This document shows, piece after piece, positions 18,169 to 26,636 of a stretch of 64,000 bases of DNA. The DNA lies in NCBI GenBank assembly GCA_050633305.1, contig JBOEGF010000009.1:94314-158313 (forward strand), in the 5' to 3' direction. How positions within the stretch are numbered: position 1 is the first letter of the stretch; every line of letters starts with the position of its first letter. The position numbers and the translations under genes were made by a program. The notes beneath the pieces were generated by a model. That model worked only from the letters and a program-made list of their open reading frames with translations, made no database searches and was not told the DNA's origin. This stretch comes from Nannocystales bacterium. GTDB taxonomy: Bacteria; Myxococcota_A; Polyangia; Nannocystales; Nannocystaceae.

Positions 18169-18936
18169 TCATTCGTCGGGGTCGGAGCAGACCAAATTGT
18201 TCTCCCCCATGCAGCTCAGGCAGATGCCGGCGCTGGGGCTCGGCGCGCAGTCGAGGACCGGCTGCGGTGTGCAGTCCATCCGCCAGATAAACTCGCCGCC
18301 CGCGTTGCCGCCCCCGTCGTAGGCGAAGTTGGACTCGGAATACACAAAGCCGACGGTTCCCGCGTATCCAACCCAGACGGAAGAGTCGATGCCTTGAATC
18401 TGGGCGACCATCCGGTAGGCCTGTTCGGAGCCGCTCGCTTCAAGAACGCAATCGTGGGCCGCGACGTAGGCTTCGGGGGGATCGTCCAGAGTCACGGTGC
18501 CGCAGTCCTCGGGTACGGTCTTCCCCGCAGCCGCCTCGTCGACGTACATCGCAAGATCGCACTTGCCGCCCGGCACGCAGTCGCAGACCCAGTTGCCTCC
18601 GTCGCAGTACTGCTCCAGGTTCGTACCTTCGGGGCACGGCCCGCAGTCGGCTTTCTCGCAGTTGCCACCGCTGCTCGAGCCGTCGCTTTCCCCGGGGCCA
18701 GTCGTGCTCGATGGACTGTCGCTCGTCGCGCTGGCCACGGTGCTCGCCGAGTCGCTGGTGTCCGGGGATGTCTCGGAGTCGGACGCCGAGCCCCCGGTGG
18801 TGGAACCCGGGGACGAGTCCCCCGACGCACTGTCGGATCCGGAACCCCCGGTATCGCTTTGACCGACCGGCTCGGAGTCGGGGTCGCATCCGGTGAGCGC
18901 GAGGACGGGAAGCAAGATCAAGGAAAGCTGTCTCAT
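18169..18936 (-). CDS. Cys-rich lipoprotein with Ser/Thr/Gly tether (putative target of cassette copy 2)
   Basis: MRQLSLILLPVLALTGC lipobox; low-complexity S/T/G linker; many Cys. Confidence 0.8.
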   Translation of the reverse strand: MRQLSLILLPVLALTGCDPDSEPVGQSDTGGSGSDSASGDSSPGSTTGGSASDSETSPDTSDSASTVASATSDSPSSTTGPGESDGSSSGGNCEKADCGPCPEGTNLEQYCDGGNWVCDCVPGGKCDLAMYVDEAAAGKTVPEDCGTVTLDDPPEAYVAAHDCVLEASGSEQAYRMVAQIQGIDSSVWVGYAGTVGFVYSESNFAYDGGGNAGGEFIWRMDCTPQPVLDCAPSPSAGICLSCMGENNLVCSDPDE

Positions 18937-18941
18937 CGGGA

Positions 18942-18981
18942 GGTTGGTGTCGGCCGCCGATTCAATGTATCGAAGAAAACG
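18942..18981 (-). promoter_or_regulatory. Candidate ECF promoter of the lipoprotein gene: CGTTTTCTTC-GATAC-N15-GACACC-AACC
   Basis: Near-identical boxes and identical spacing to 19983-20022, in front of the sigma gene. Confidence 0.65.
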
Positions 18982-19016
18982 ACGCGCCCACTAGGTTGAG
19001 CACGTCGGTGCCCACG

Positions 19017-19994
19017 ATGGGTTTTGTTCTGGCAGCGCTGGCGCTTTGGGGGGTTCCTGATGCGGAGATCCCGCAGTGGGATGTGCCCGAGGTGTGTCCG
19101 GAGCAGGGCGCTGTGGAGGCGTGGATCGACCGTCTGATGCTCGACGCTGCCGGGGATGTCCCCAAGTGGCAGGGACACATCGAAGGGGCGGAGGAGGCGG
19201 GGTTCGTGTTGACGCTGACGGTGTCGGGGCAAACGCGGACCGTCGAAGCGCCGGACTGCGGGAAGCTCGTGGTTGCGGCCGCCCTCGTTGTGGCAGTCGC
19301 AGCGGACCCCGTGGCGGTTGCCGACGTGATCGAGCCTCAGCTTCAGCGGCCGCTGCTCGCTCCGCTGCCCTTGGAACGGACATCGGTCGTGGAGCCGCCC
19401 GCACCGTCGTTGGGTCCCGCCGAGCCGCAAGAGCGCGTGCCGACGACGAGGGACCCGCCAGAGCGGGGGCCCGCCTCTGGTGTGTCCGTGGTGGTCTCTG
19501 GCGTGGTCGGGGCGGAGCTGGCGGTTCTTCCGCGAGCAGGGTTCGCGGCCAGCGTGGGCGGGGGGGTGCTCTGGTCCTGGCTTCGGCTGGAGCTCGTCAG
19601 CGTCGTGTCGACGCCGCGTGATGTCCGGTCATCCGAGCCCAGCTTCGGTGCCACAGCTGCGGTCGTGGGCGCTCAAGTGCGAGCCTGCGGGGTCGTGGAC
19701 ACGGAACGGGTCGAGGTCCCGCTGTGTTTGGCGGGGGAGGGCGGAGGCGTGTGGGCGCGCGGATTCGGACCCAGCATCGAGCCGGAGTCCAGGATGCAGC
19801 CGTGGGCGGCGCTCGTTCCCAGCCTCGCGATCACGCGCTGGGTCTCCAAACGGGTGGGCGTGGAGGCTCGAATCGCGGTTCCGGTTGGTCTGTACAAGCC
19901 CGCTGTCCATTTGAGCGGGGTGGAGCTCGACGTGTTTCGCGCCGGACCCGTGGGGGCCCGCGTGTGGGTGGGGCCGGTACTGCGTTTTCCTTGA
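19017..19994 (+). CDS. Exported Cys-pair/Pro-linker/beta-barrel-like protein (cassette copy 2)
   Basis: WDVPEVCP...EAPDCGKLVVAAALVVAVAADP; VRAC..VPLC; ends GPVLRFP. Alternative TTG start at 18996. Confidence 0.7.
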   Translation: MGFVLAALALWGVPDAEIPQWDVPEVCPEQGAVEAWIDRLMLDAAGDVPKWQGHIEGAEEAGFVLTLTVSGQTRTVEAPDCGKLVVAAALVVAVAADPVAVADVIEPQLQRPLLAPLPLERTSVVEPPAPSLGPAEPQERVPTTRDPPERGPASGVSVVVSGVVGAELAVLPRAGFAASVGGGVLWSWLRLELVSVVSTPRDVRSSEPSFGATAAVVGAQVRACGVVDTERVEVPLCLAGEGGGVWARGFGPSIEPESRMQPWAALVPSLAITRWVSKRVGVEARIAVPVGLYKPAVHLSGVELDVFRAGPVGARVWVGPVLRFP

Positions 19995-20022
19995 TACTTC
20001 GAGCTCCCGGGCGACACCTACC
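19983..20022 (+). promoter_or_regulatory. Candidate autoregulatory ECF promoter: CGTTTTCCTT-GATAC-N15-GACACC-TACC
   Basis: Immediately upstream of the sigma GTG at 20036 and duplicated at 18942-18981. Confidence 0.65.
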
Positions 20023-20035
20023 CCTCGAGTCCACC

Positions 20036-21229
20036 GTGACCTCCAGCGCCGCTCCCTCTCAATCCGCGTTTCGCGGTCTCTACGACGAGCATCACGCCTT
20101 CGTCTGGGCGGTGCTGCGTAAGCTCGGTGTGCCGGAGCGGGACGCGGAGGACGTGATGCAAGAGGTGTTCTTGGTCGTCCATCGCAGGCTTGGCGCCTTC
20201 GAGGGTCGGTCGGCGTGGACGACCTGGCTGTATGGCATCACGACGCGGGTCTATTGGAACTACGCCCGGCGGTTGCGCAGTCGCCCGCAAGCGAGCTCGT
20301 CTGCATCCTCGCTTCGCTTGGTCGATCCCAGCGCCGACCCCGAGCGATTCGCCCAGCGGCGAGAAGCCAGCGCAATGCTCGAGGCGCTGCTCGGCTCGCT
20401 CGATGTGGACAAGCGTACTGCGTATGTCCTGCACATCGAAGGGCTCTCTGCGCCGCAGATCTCCGCCATCACGGGGGTCAAGACGAGGACCGTCTACTCT
20501 CGGCTACGTGCCGCGAAGGCCGAGGTCGAAGCAAGTGCGCGGCGGGTTCAAGCCCGAGCACGCAATGACGACGCGGTCCGTCGGTTGGCGCAGCGGTCCA
20601 CGGCTCACCCGCCCAAACGGCTCCGCGCGCGTGGTTGGGCTGCGCTTGCACTGCGCAGTCCGGAGCTCGCGGGCTCGCTCGGAGGGGCGGCTTCGACGAC
20701 GACGCTTCCATGGGTGGGCGTGCTGGGCGGTGTTGCGATGACGGTCTTTGTGGTGCTGAAGAGCGGCGCCGAGCCGTCCGCACCCACGCTCGGACCGGTC
20801 GTTGCCGAGGTGGCCTCCCCCGAGCGCCCCGTCTCGACGGCTCGGGCGACCTCCGCACCGGCCGTGCCCGCGCCGGCCTCGGCCGTGCCCGCTTCTGTCG
20901 CGGCTTCGAGGGTGCCAGCCTCTCCTGCACCCCGAGCGCGTGTCCGCTCGGCATCGCCGAAGCACACCGCGACCGCGCACTCCCCCGAACCGGTGCTCGG
21001 ACCCCTGCCGCGGGCTCGGATCGAGCTCAAGGCGGGCAGGGCCGCCGACGCGCTGGCGTTGTTGAAGGCGCATGCGCGTGTCGAACCGGACAGTCCACTG
21101 GCCACGGAGCGCACCGCCATGATGCTGCTCGCGTTGTGTTCCCTCGACCGTGTCGACGAAGCGAAGGCGCTTGTCGAAGCCGACTCGGCCGCGCTCCCGG
21201 CCTCGTGTGTCGCGACGCCCAGTCGCTGA
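20036..21229 (+). CDS. ECF sigma factor fused in frame to an anti-sigma-like TM + TPR-like region (cassette copy 2)
   Basis: Sigma regions 2 and 4 (DAEDVMQEVF, TTWLYGI, RTVYSRLRAAK), then with no stop a TM segment WVGVLGGVAMTVFVVL, an Ala/Pro linker and ARIELKAGRAADALALL..EPDSPLATER..LALC. Confidence 0.85.
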   Translation: MTSSAAPSQSAFRGLYDEHHAFVWAVLRKLGVPERDAEDVMQEVFLVVHRRLGAFEGRSAWTTWLYGITTRVYWNYARRLRSRPQASSSASSLRLVDPSADPERFAQRREASAMLEALLGSLDVDKRTAYVLHIEGLSAPQISAITGVKTRTVYSRLRAAKAEVEASARRVQARARNDDAVRRLAQRSTAHPPKRLRARGWAALALRSPELAGSLGGAASTTTLPWVGVLGGVAMTVFVVLKSGAEPSAPTLGPVVAEVASPERPVSTARATSAPAVPAPASAVPASVAASRVPASPAPRARVRSASPKHTATAHSPEPVLGPLPRARIELKAGRAADALALLKAHARVEPDSPLATERTAMMLLALCSLDRVDEAKALVEADSAALPASCVATPSR

Positions 21230-21420
21230 CATCGGTCGGTAACGCTGCTTCGTTGCGGGGACTCGCCGATTTCCAGGGCCGCCGTGTCGTCGCGGAAACC
21301 TGTCAGGACCCAGCTGTCCACACGGTCGCTTCCTCGTCTCTTGGAGTGGGCCGTGCGGTGGGAGTTCGGCCCCACCGTGGCTTGCTCGTGTTGCGTCCTG
21401 CCATCATAGTTGGCGTCCAG

Positions 21421-22590
21421 ATGTCGCCAGCACGCAGGCGCGCGCAAAGTCGCGCCGAGGCCTCGGTCGTTGGCCGTCGTGCTCGAAGGAGGGGGACGAC
21501 TCGCCGTAGACCGCTGCGGCGGCGCCCGAAGGCGCTCGCCCTGCTCGGCATGTTGGGCCTGGGACTCGCTGGCCGCGCGGGGGTGGCTGCGGTGCCATCC
21601 GACCTCGGCACCCCGTCCGCGGTCGAATGGTTGGCCGACCCCGCCGGATCCTGCGACCGAGGACCCGAGCTACGCACCCTCGTCGCGCGACTCGCGGGCC
21701 CGGACCTTGCTCTGCGCGCGGAGGTCGAGGTCTCGATACGTGAGTCCGTGTTCCATGCGGTGGTTCGGGTGCACAGCGGCGGCCAGACGCAGGAGCGCAG
21801 CCTGTCATCTCCGCACTGTGCGTCGTTGGTGCGGGGCGCGGCGATCATTCTTGCCGTCAGCGCGGACCCGGTGCAGACGGCGTCGGCCCTGCGCGTCCGC
21901 GAGCCGACCCTCGAGGAGCCGGATCCGCCTGTGATCGTTCCGCGTCCGCCGGATACGGCCGGCCCGACCGGCATGGTGAATCCCAACCCCGCCCGTGCAC
22001 GAGAGTCTTCCCCTGTGCCGAGCGAAGGGTCGCACCGGACCCACGCGCGACCGAACCTCCACGCGTTGGGGGAGGCGATCGGGACGGTCGATCTGCGCGG
22101 GCATTTCGGCGCGGGTGTCGTGCCCGGGTTCTCGGGGGGCGTCGGCGGTGGTCTGACCCTCGGTCGCGAGCACCTCGCGGGTCGATTGGGGGGCACGACC
22201 TGGGCCCCGAGGCGCGCGAGCCTGGACGGGGCCACCGACGTGGGGGTCGAGGTGTCCGGGTGGAGCCTCGATCCGCAGCTCTGCAGCGGGTTCGGCTCCC
22301 AGCGTTGGTCACTCCAAGGTTGCCTCGGAGGCGAGCTCGGACAGCTCTCCGGTCGCGGGGAAGGGCGCAGCCTGAGCGCCTCGCGGACACAAACCCGCTT
22401 GTGGGCGGCCGTCGCCGCGAGCCTTGCGGGGCGTTTCGCGGTCCATCCCCGCCTGCTGCTGGGCGTGTGGGGGGCGATGAACGTGCCCGTGATGCGAGCG
22501 AAATTCGTCCTGCGCGATGGTCGGGAGCTGTTTGCGACAACTGCGCTCGGCTGGCGAGCGGGGTTTGAGCTCGTGGCGAGGTTTTGGTGA
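21421..22590 (+). CDS. Exported Cys-pair/Pro-linker/beta-barrel-like protein (cassette copy 3)
   Basis: EWLADPAGSC...SPHCASLVRGAAIILAVSADP; PQLC..QGCLGGELG; ends FELVARFW. Start uncertain (21421 or 21550). Confidence 0.7.
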   Translation: MSPARRRAQSRAEASVVGRRARRRGTTRRRPLRRRPKALALLGMLGLGLAGRAGVAAVPSDLGTPSAVEWLADPAGSCDRGPELRTLVARLAGPDLALRAEVEVSIRESVFHAVVRVHSGGQTQERSLSSPHCASLVRGAAIILAVSADPVQTASALRVREPTLEEPDPPVIVPRPPDTAGPTGMVNPNPARARESSPVPSEGSHRTHARPNLHALGEAIGTVDLRGHFGAGVVPGFSGGVGGGLTLGREHLAGRLGGTTWAPRRASLDGATDVGVEVSGWSLDPQLCSGFGSQRWSLQGCLGGELGQLSGRGEGRSLSASRTQTRLWAAVAASLAGRFAVHPRLLLGVWGAMNVPVMRAKFVLRDGRELFATTALGWRAGFELVARFW

Positions 22591-22614
22591 CGGAATCCGG
22601 CTCGGGCCCGCAAT
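22587..22614 (+). promoter_or_regulatory. Candidate autoregulatory ECF promoter GTGACGGAA-N14-GCAAT
   Basis: Same boxes and spacing recur at 23988-24015, in front of the downstream lipoprotein. Confidence 0.6.
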
Positions 22615-22622
22615 GGGGGTCT

Positions 22623-23195
22623 GTGGCGGCCCACGCCAGCGAACCAGAGTTCTCCGAGGTGTACCGCTCTCACTACGACTTCGTCTGGCGTTGTGTGCGC
22701 CGACTTGGGGTTCCCGCCTCTTTGGTCGACGACGCGACCCAGGAAGTGTTCGTCATCGTTCACCGACGGCTGAGTAGCTACGACCCCCGCACACCGATGC
22801 GCGGGTGGCTGTTTGGGATCCTGCGGAAGGTCGCCGCGTCGCAGCGGCGGCGTGCCAAGCGGGTCGCTCCGGTGCCCTCGTCGGTGCGGTCCTCGGCGGA
22901 CTCCGATCCCGAGGCAGCGCTCGCGCGTCGAGAGGCTGCCGACTGGGTCGAGCGATTTCTCGCCACCTTGGATGAGGAACAGCGCGCCGTCTTCGTGTTG
23001 GCGGAGTGCGAGGGCGTTCCTGTCGTCGAGTTGGCCGACACGTTGGGGATCAAACTCAACACTGCGTACTCCCGGTTGCGCCTCGCCCGACGCCGATTCG
23101 AACGCGCCCTCGTCCGGGTGCAAGCTCGTGCACAGGCGCGCGCGCGCGTCCGACCTGTCGTGCAGGCCCCAGCGCGCTCGGAGAGCTCGCGATGA
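22623..23195 (+). CDS. ECF-type RNA polymerase sigma factor (cassette copy 3)
   Basis: FSEVYRSHYDFVWRCVRRLGV..DDATQEVF, RGWLFGI, LDEEQRAVFVL, NTAYSRLRLARRRF. Start is GTG 22623 (downstream of the candidate promoter) or GTG 22587 (GTGA overlap). Confidence 0.92.
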   Translation: MAAHASEPEFSEVYRSHYDFVWRCVRRLGVPASLVDDATQEVFVIVHRRLSSYDPRTPMRGWLFGILRKVAASQRRRAKRVAPVPSSVRSSADSDPEAALARREAADWVERFLATLDEEQRAVFVLAECEGVPVVELADTLGIKLNTAYSRLRLARRRFERALVRVQARAQARARVRPVVQAPARSESSR

Positions 23196-24025
23196 AGGAA
23201 CTGGGACCAGACGCGAAGCGGGTCTTGCAGAACTACTGCGAGGAGACTCGTCCCGCCGCCTCCGAGGGGAGAGACCAAAACCAAGCGATTGCAGAGATCG
23301 TACGGCTGGCCAAGGTGCGGGCTCTGAGACGACGGGTTGCGATCGTTGGCACAGTCCTGGCGGTCGCGGCGTCGCTCCTCGCCGTGCTGGTGTTGCGTCC
23401 GGGGCGGGGCGCACAGTTCGTGGAGCAGTCGCGCCCGCTCGAGGCGACCGACCTGCGTGCCGGTGTCCTGCCAGGACAGGCGAGACCGGGCACCGCCCCG
23501 ACGACAGCCGCCCTGCCCGAGGTCACGAAGCAGCAGCGTGCACCCGAGTCGCCGAGCCGACCGGAGCAAACCGCGACTCCGTCAAGTGCAACTCCGCAAC
23601 TTCCCTCAGGCTCGCGTCGCAAGCCGAACCGGCGGCCGCGCCCGGCTGGCCCGAACGAGGAAGGGTCCAGTGAGGGTCCCGAACCGGCGGTCGACACCTT
23701 GGGCGCGGAAGCGGAGTTGATGGCCCAGGGGCGGAAGGCCTTGCGTGAGGCCGACGATGCTCGCCTCCTTCGACTGATGGCGCGGCACCGTACAGAGTTT
23801 CCCGAGGGTGCCTTGGTCCACGAGCGCGAGGCCTGGGAGAGCATCGCTCGGTGTCGAGCGAACACGGCTACGCAGGCGGTGCGGGAGCGAGTCGGGCAAG
23901 CTTTCCTCGAACGACACGCCAGCTCGCCGTGGTCCGCAAAGATCGAACGCGCTTGCGCTGGCGTCGAAGAAACATCGACGAAGTCGCGTGACGGAAACGG
24001 TTCGCCGAAAGCAACTGGGGAATGA
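23192..24025 (+). CDS. Putative anti-sigma factor: single TM, Pro-rich linker, TPR-like C-terminus (cassette copy 3)
   Basis: ATGA overlap with the sigma; MKELGPDAKRVL; TM VAIVGTVLAVAASLLAVLVL; LGAEAELM..GRKAL..EFPEGALVHERE..IARC. Confidence 0.78.
   Translation: MKELGPDAKRVLQNYCEETRPAASEGRDQNQAIAEIVRLAKVRALRRRVAIVGTVLAVAASLLAVLVLRPGRGAQFVEQSRPLEATDLRAGVLPGQARPGTAPTTAALPEVTKQQRAPESPSRPEQTATPSSATPQLPSGSRRKPNRRPRPAGPNEEGSSEGPEPAVDTLGAEAELMAQGRKALREADDARLLRLMARHRTEFPEGALVHEREAWESIARCRANTATQAVRERVGQAFLERHASSPWSAKIERACAGVEETSTKSRDGNGSPKATGE
23988..24015 (+). promoter_or_regulatory. Candidate ECF promoter GTGACGGAA-N14-GCAAC of the downstream lipoprotein
   Basis: Embedded in the 3' end of the anti-sigma gene; matches 22587-22614. 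Confidence 0.6.
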
Positions 24026-24831
24026 TGAATGCTTCTGAACTCCTTGGGTCGGGCCGCGTGCTTGCAATGGCTGCGGTCGCGACGATGACCGTTGCCTGTC
24101 CTCTTCCCGACGCCGACGTTGGCGAGGTCGACACCCCGTCCGGCGATGCGGACAGTGCCCAACCTGAAACCGGAAACGGCGGGGGGCCTTCGAGCGACGC
24201 GGAGTCGGGAGTCGAGCCCGGCACGGGGGAGCCGGGCGGTGCTTCGACCAGCACCACCGGCGGTGGGGGCACGGAACCCGGCGATCCCGGCGACGAACCG
24301 GATGAGACGAGCGGGGGAACGGGGACGACCGCGGAGACAGGCGAGCAAGGATCGACGGGCGGGACCTCCGGATCCTCGGTGTGTTGTGTGGACGGCTTGT
24401 CTTGGAGATGGGTGGTGGGGTTGACTCCGACCTTCGCGACGCACTCGCTCACCGAATGCGACACCTTCACCTTTACCCACGACGACAACACGAACGATGC
24501 TGTCCCGCCTGCGGTATGCACCAACCCGGTGAGTTGCGAGGGCGGGGTGGGCGAAGTGACACTCGCAGACGTTTACGAGCACCTCATGTCGCCCGGGATG
24601 CAACAGGTCCTTGCGGCCGGGACGGCCTTGTACGGCACCAACCTGTTGCCCAACGACGGTGCGTCGAAGCGCATTACGTACGGTGAGGTTGTGATGACCC
24701 TGGGCCTCGGGGAGTGCCCGGGCGGCAAGTCTCCGCTTTGCATCCCCGTCCCACCCGCGCTCGCCGAACTCGACGTCATGCTCGAAGCGCTGGCCGCCGA
24801 CCAACCCGCGCTGACCGACTGTGGAGGATGA
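24022..24831 (+). CDS. Cys-rich lipoprotein with Gly/Thr/Glu tether (putative target of cassette copy 3)
   Basis: Lipobox-like MTVAC; low-complexity linker; Cys-rich C-domain; ATGA overlap with the anti-sigma. Confidence 0.75.
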   Translation: MMNASELLGSGRVLAMAAVATMTVACPLPDADVGEVDTPSGDADSAQPETGNGGGPSSDAESGVEPGTGEPGGASTSTTGGGGTEPGDPGDEPDETSGGTGTTAETGEQGSTGGTSGSSVCCVDGLSWRWVVGLTPTFATHSLTECDTFTFTHDDNTNDAVPPAVCTNPVSCEGGVGEVTLADVYEHLMSPGMQQVLAAGTALYGTNLLPNDGASKRITYGEVVMTLGLGECPGGKSPLCIPVPPALAELDVMLEALAADQPALTDCGG

Positions 24832-24939
24832 CCTGCCGGGGCACCGCCAACCCTCGTCGAGTGCTCTGCGGCTCTGGCTGCCTGCAGAAATCTCCATCCG
24901 AGGTTAAACCGTTCGCCAGCGTTGGGATCTTCGGGGGCA

Positions 24940-26562
24940 ATGGCTCGCATTCCCCTTTCCCTCGCGTCCTCTGCATGTCTTGTGGCCCTGTCGACGTCGG
25001 TCGCGTCGACTCCTGCGCATGCCGCGAGTGTTTCGTTCTCCGTCGACACGACCAACGATACGGTCGACATCAACCCTGGAGACGGGCTGTGTAGAGATGC
25101 GGAGGGCTACTGCTCGCTTCGTGCGGCGGTGATGGAGCTCAATGCACTTGGGGGTGGCGCGGTGTCGGTCCCCGCGGGGACGTTTCGGCTGGCGCGAACC
25201 GGGGCGTCCGAGGACGCCGGCTTGACCGGGGACCTCGATATTTGGACGGACATTCATATCTCCGGGGCCGCAGGTGCCTCAGGCCCCACGACGGTCATTC
25301 AAGCCGTAGGCGATCGCGCGGTCGATGTCTCGGACCCCACGAACCTGATTCAGGTCGCCGTGAGCGACGTTGAGTTCATCGACGGGGACGCGGGCGCGGG
25401 CGATGGCGGTGCGATCCGGGCAGCGGGTGGGGCGCTGCTCGTCTCCGATTGTCACTTCTTCGGAAACACGGCGACCGAAGGTGGGGCGATCGACTTCGAG
25501 GGGGTCTTCATGACCACTTCGGCCGACACGTTCGACAGCAACGTCGCCGATCACGGCGGGGCGATCGCCGCGAGAGGGGAGGTTACAGGCGGGAACTCCA
25601 CCTTCAGCAACAACGAAGCCACGGCCGCGAATGGACGAGGCGGAGCGCTGTACATCCCCTCGGGGATGTTCCGGCTGCTCGACATGACGTTCGAGTTCAA
25701 CACCGCGACATACGGAGGCGCTTTCTTCAGCAGCCCCGCGCCGATGATGACGCTCACCTCGGGGAGAGCTCATCTCGAGAGGGCGTTGTTCTACGGCAAT
25801 GACGCTGCGAGCGGCGGCGCGGCATGGATCGAAGGGGCGCAACGGGTCGAGATCGCCGATACGCTGTTTCTGTCAAACACGGCGGATAGCGACGGAGGCG
25901 CAGTCTGGGCGGAAGCGCAGCTGGATGTCGATCGAAGCTCGTTCGTCGACAATCGCACGACGGCGAGCGGAGGAGCGATTGCCTGGGACGGGTCGGGGAC
26001 CGGTGCGAGGCTCGACATCCTGAACTCGACGTTGGGCGACAACGAGGCGGCGTACTCCGGTGGAGGCCTCTTCGCCGATGGAGGGGATGTGGACATCACC
26101 ACTTCGACCATCGCCGACAACGAGGTAACGGCAGGGGGAGGGCGTGGGGGCGGCATCTATCATGCGGCCGCGGCGGGTTTCCGCATGACGCACACGCTGG
26201 TCATGCGCAACCGGGTGAGCGGTGCCCCGTACCTCTCACCTCTGGGCAATGACATCTCCGCATTCTCGACCCCCGTGGTCTCCGCGGACCACAACATCGT
26301 CGGCGATGCGCTGGGCTCCTCGTTCAGTAGCAACCCCACCGACCTCGTGGGGAGCTCGACGATGTCGGTCGTATGGCCACTGACCACGCTTGGCTACTTC
26401 GGTTCTCCGACGCTCAGCTACGGGATGGGCTGGTTCTCGTCGGCACGCGACGGCGGGGCATCGGTCTGCACGACACCAGGCGGGGCTCCGGTCAACGTCG
26501 ATCAGCGGGGCAACCCCCGTCCCATGGGTGTTGCCTGCGACATCGGCGCGGTCGAGGGGTAG
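24940..26562 (+). CDS. Secreted beta-helix protein (CSLREA motif, polymorphic-OMP GGAI/FxxN repeats, choice-of-anchor Q-like end)
   Basis: Signal peptide ..AHA; CSLRAAV; many F..N.A..GGAI repeats; DQRGNPRP..CDIGAVE C-terminus. Confidence 0.85.
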   Translation: MARIPLSLASSACLVALSTSVASTPAHAASVSFSVDTTNDTVDINPGDGLCRDAEGYCSLRAAVMELNALGGGAVSVPAGTFRLARTGASEDAGLTGDLDIWTDIHISGAAGASGPTTVIQAVGDRAVDVSDPTNLIQVAVSDVEFIDGDAGAGDGGAIRAAGGALLVSDCHFFGNTATEGGAIDFEGVFMTTSADTFDSNVADHGGAIAARGEVTGGNSTFSNNEATAANGRGGALYIPSGMFRLLDMTFEFNTATYGGAFFSSPAPMMTLTSGRAHLERALFYGNDAASGGAAWIEGAQRVEIADTLFLSNTADSDGGAVWAEAQLDVDRSSFVDNRTTASGGAIAWDGSGTGARLDILNSTLGDNEAAYSGGGLFADGGDVDITTSTIADNEVTAGGGRGGGIYHAAAAGFRMTHTLVMRNRVSGAPYLSPLGNDISAFSTPVVSADHNIVGDALGSSFSSNPTDLVGSSTMSVVWPLTTLGYFGSPTLSYGMGWFSSARDGGASVCTTPGGAPVNVDQRGNPRPMGVACDIGAVEG

Positions 26563-26636
26563 CGGCTCGGGCGGGAATACTTTGGCCCTAGGCCTGATTG
26601 TGGGTGGGCACGTCGGCTTTCGACCTGCATCCACCT

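Noticed and set aside
20635..21420. Long N-terminal extension of the 651-aa ORF 20635-22590
   Set aside because: Overlaps the sigma fusion in another frame; similarity to the paralogs only begins after about 21550.
21303..23414. 703-aa minus-strand ORF
   Set aside because: Shadow of the cassette 3 genes; low-complexity Arg/Pro/Ala composition.
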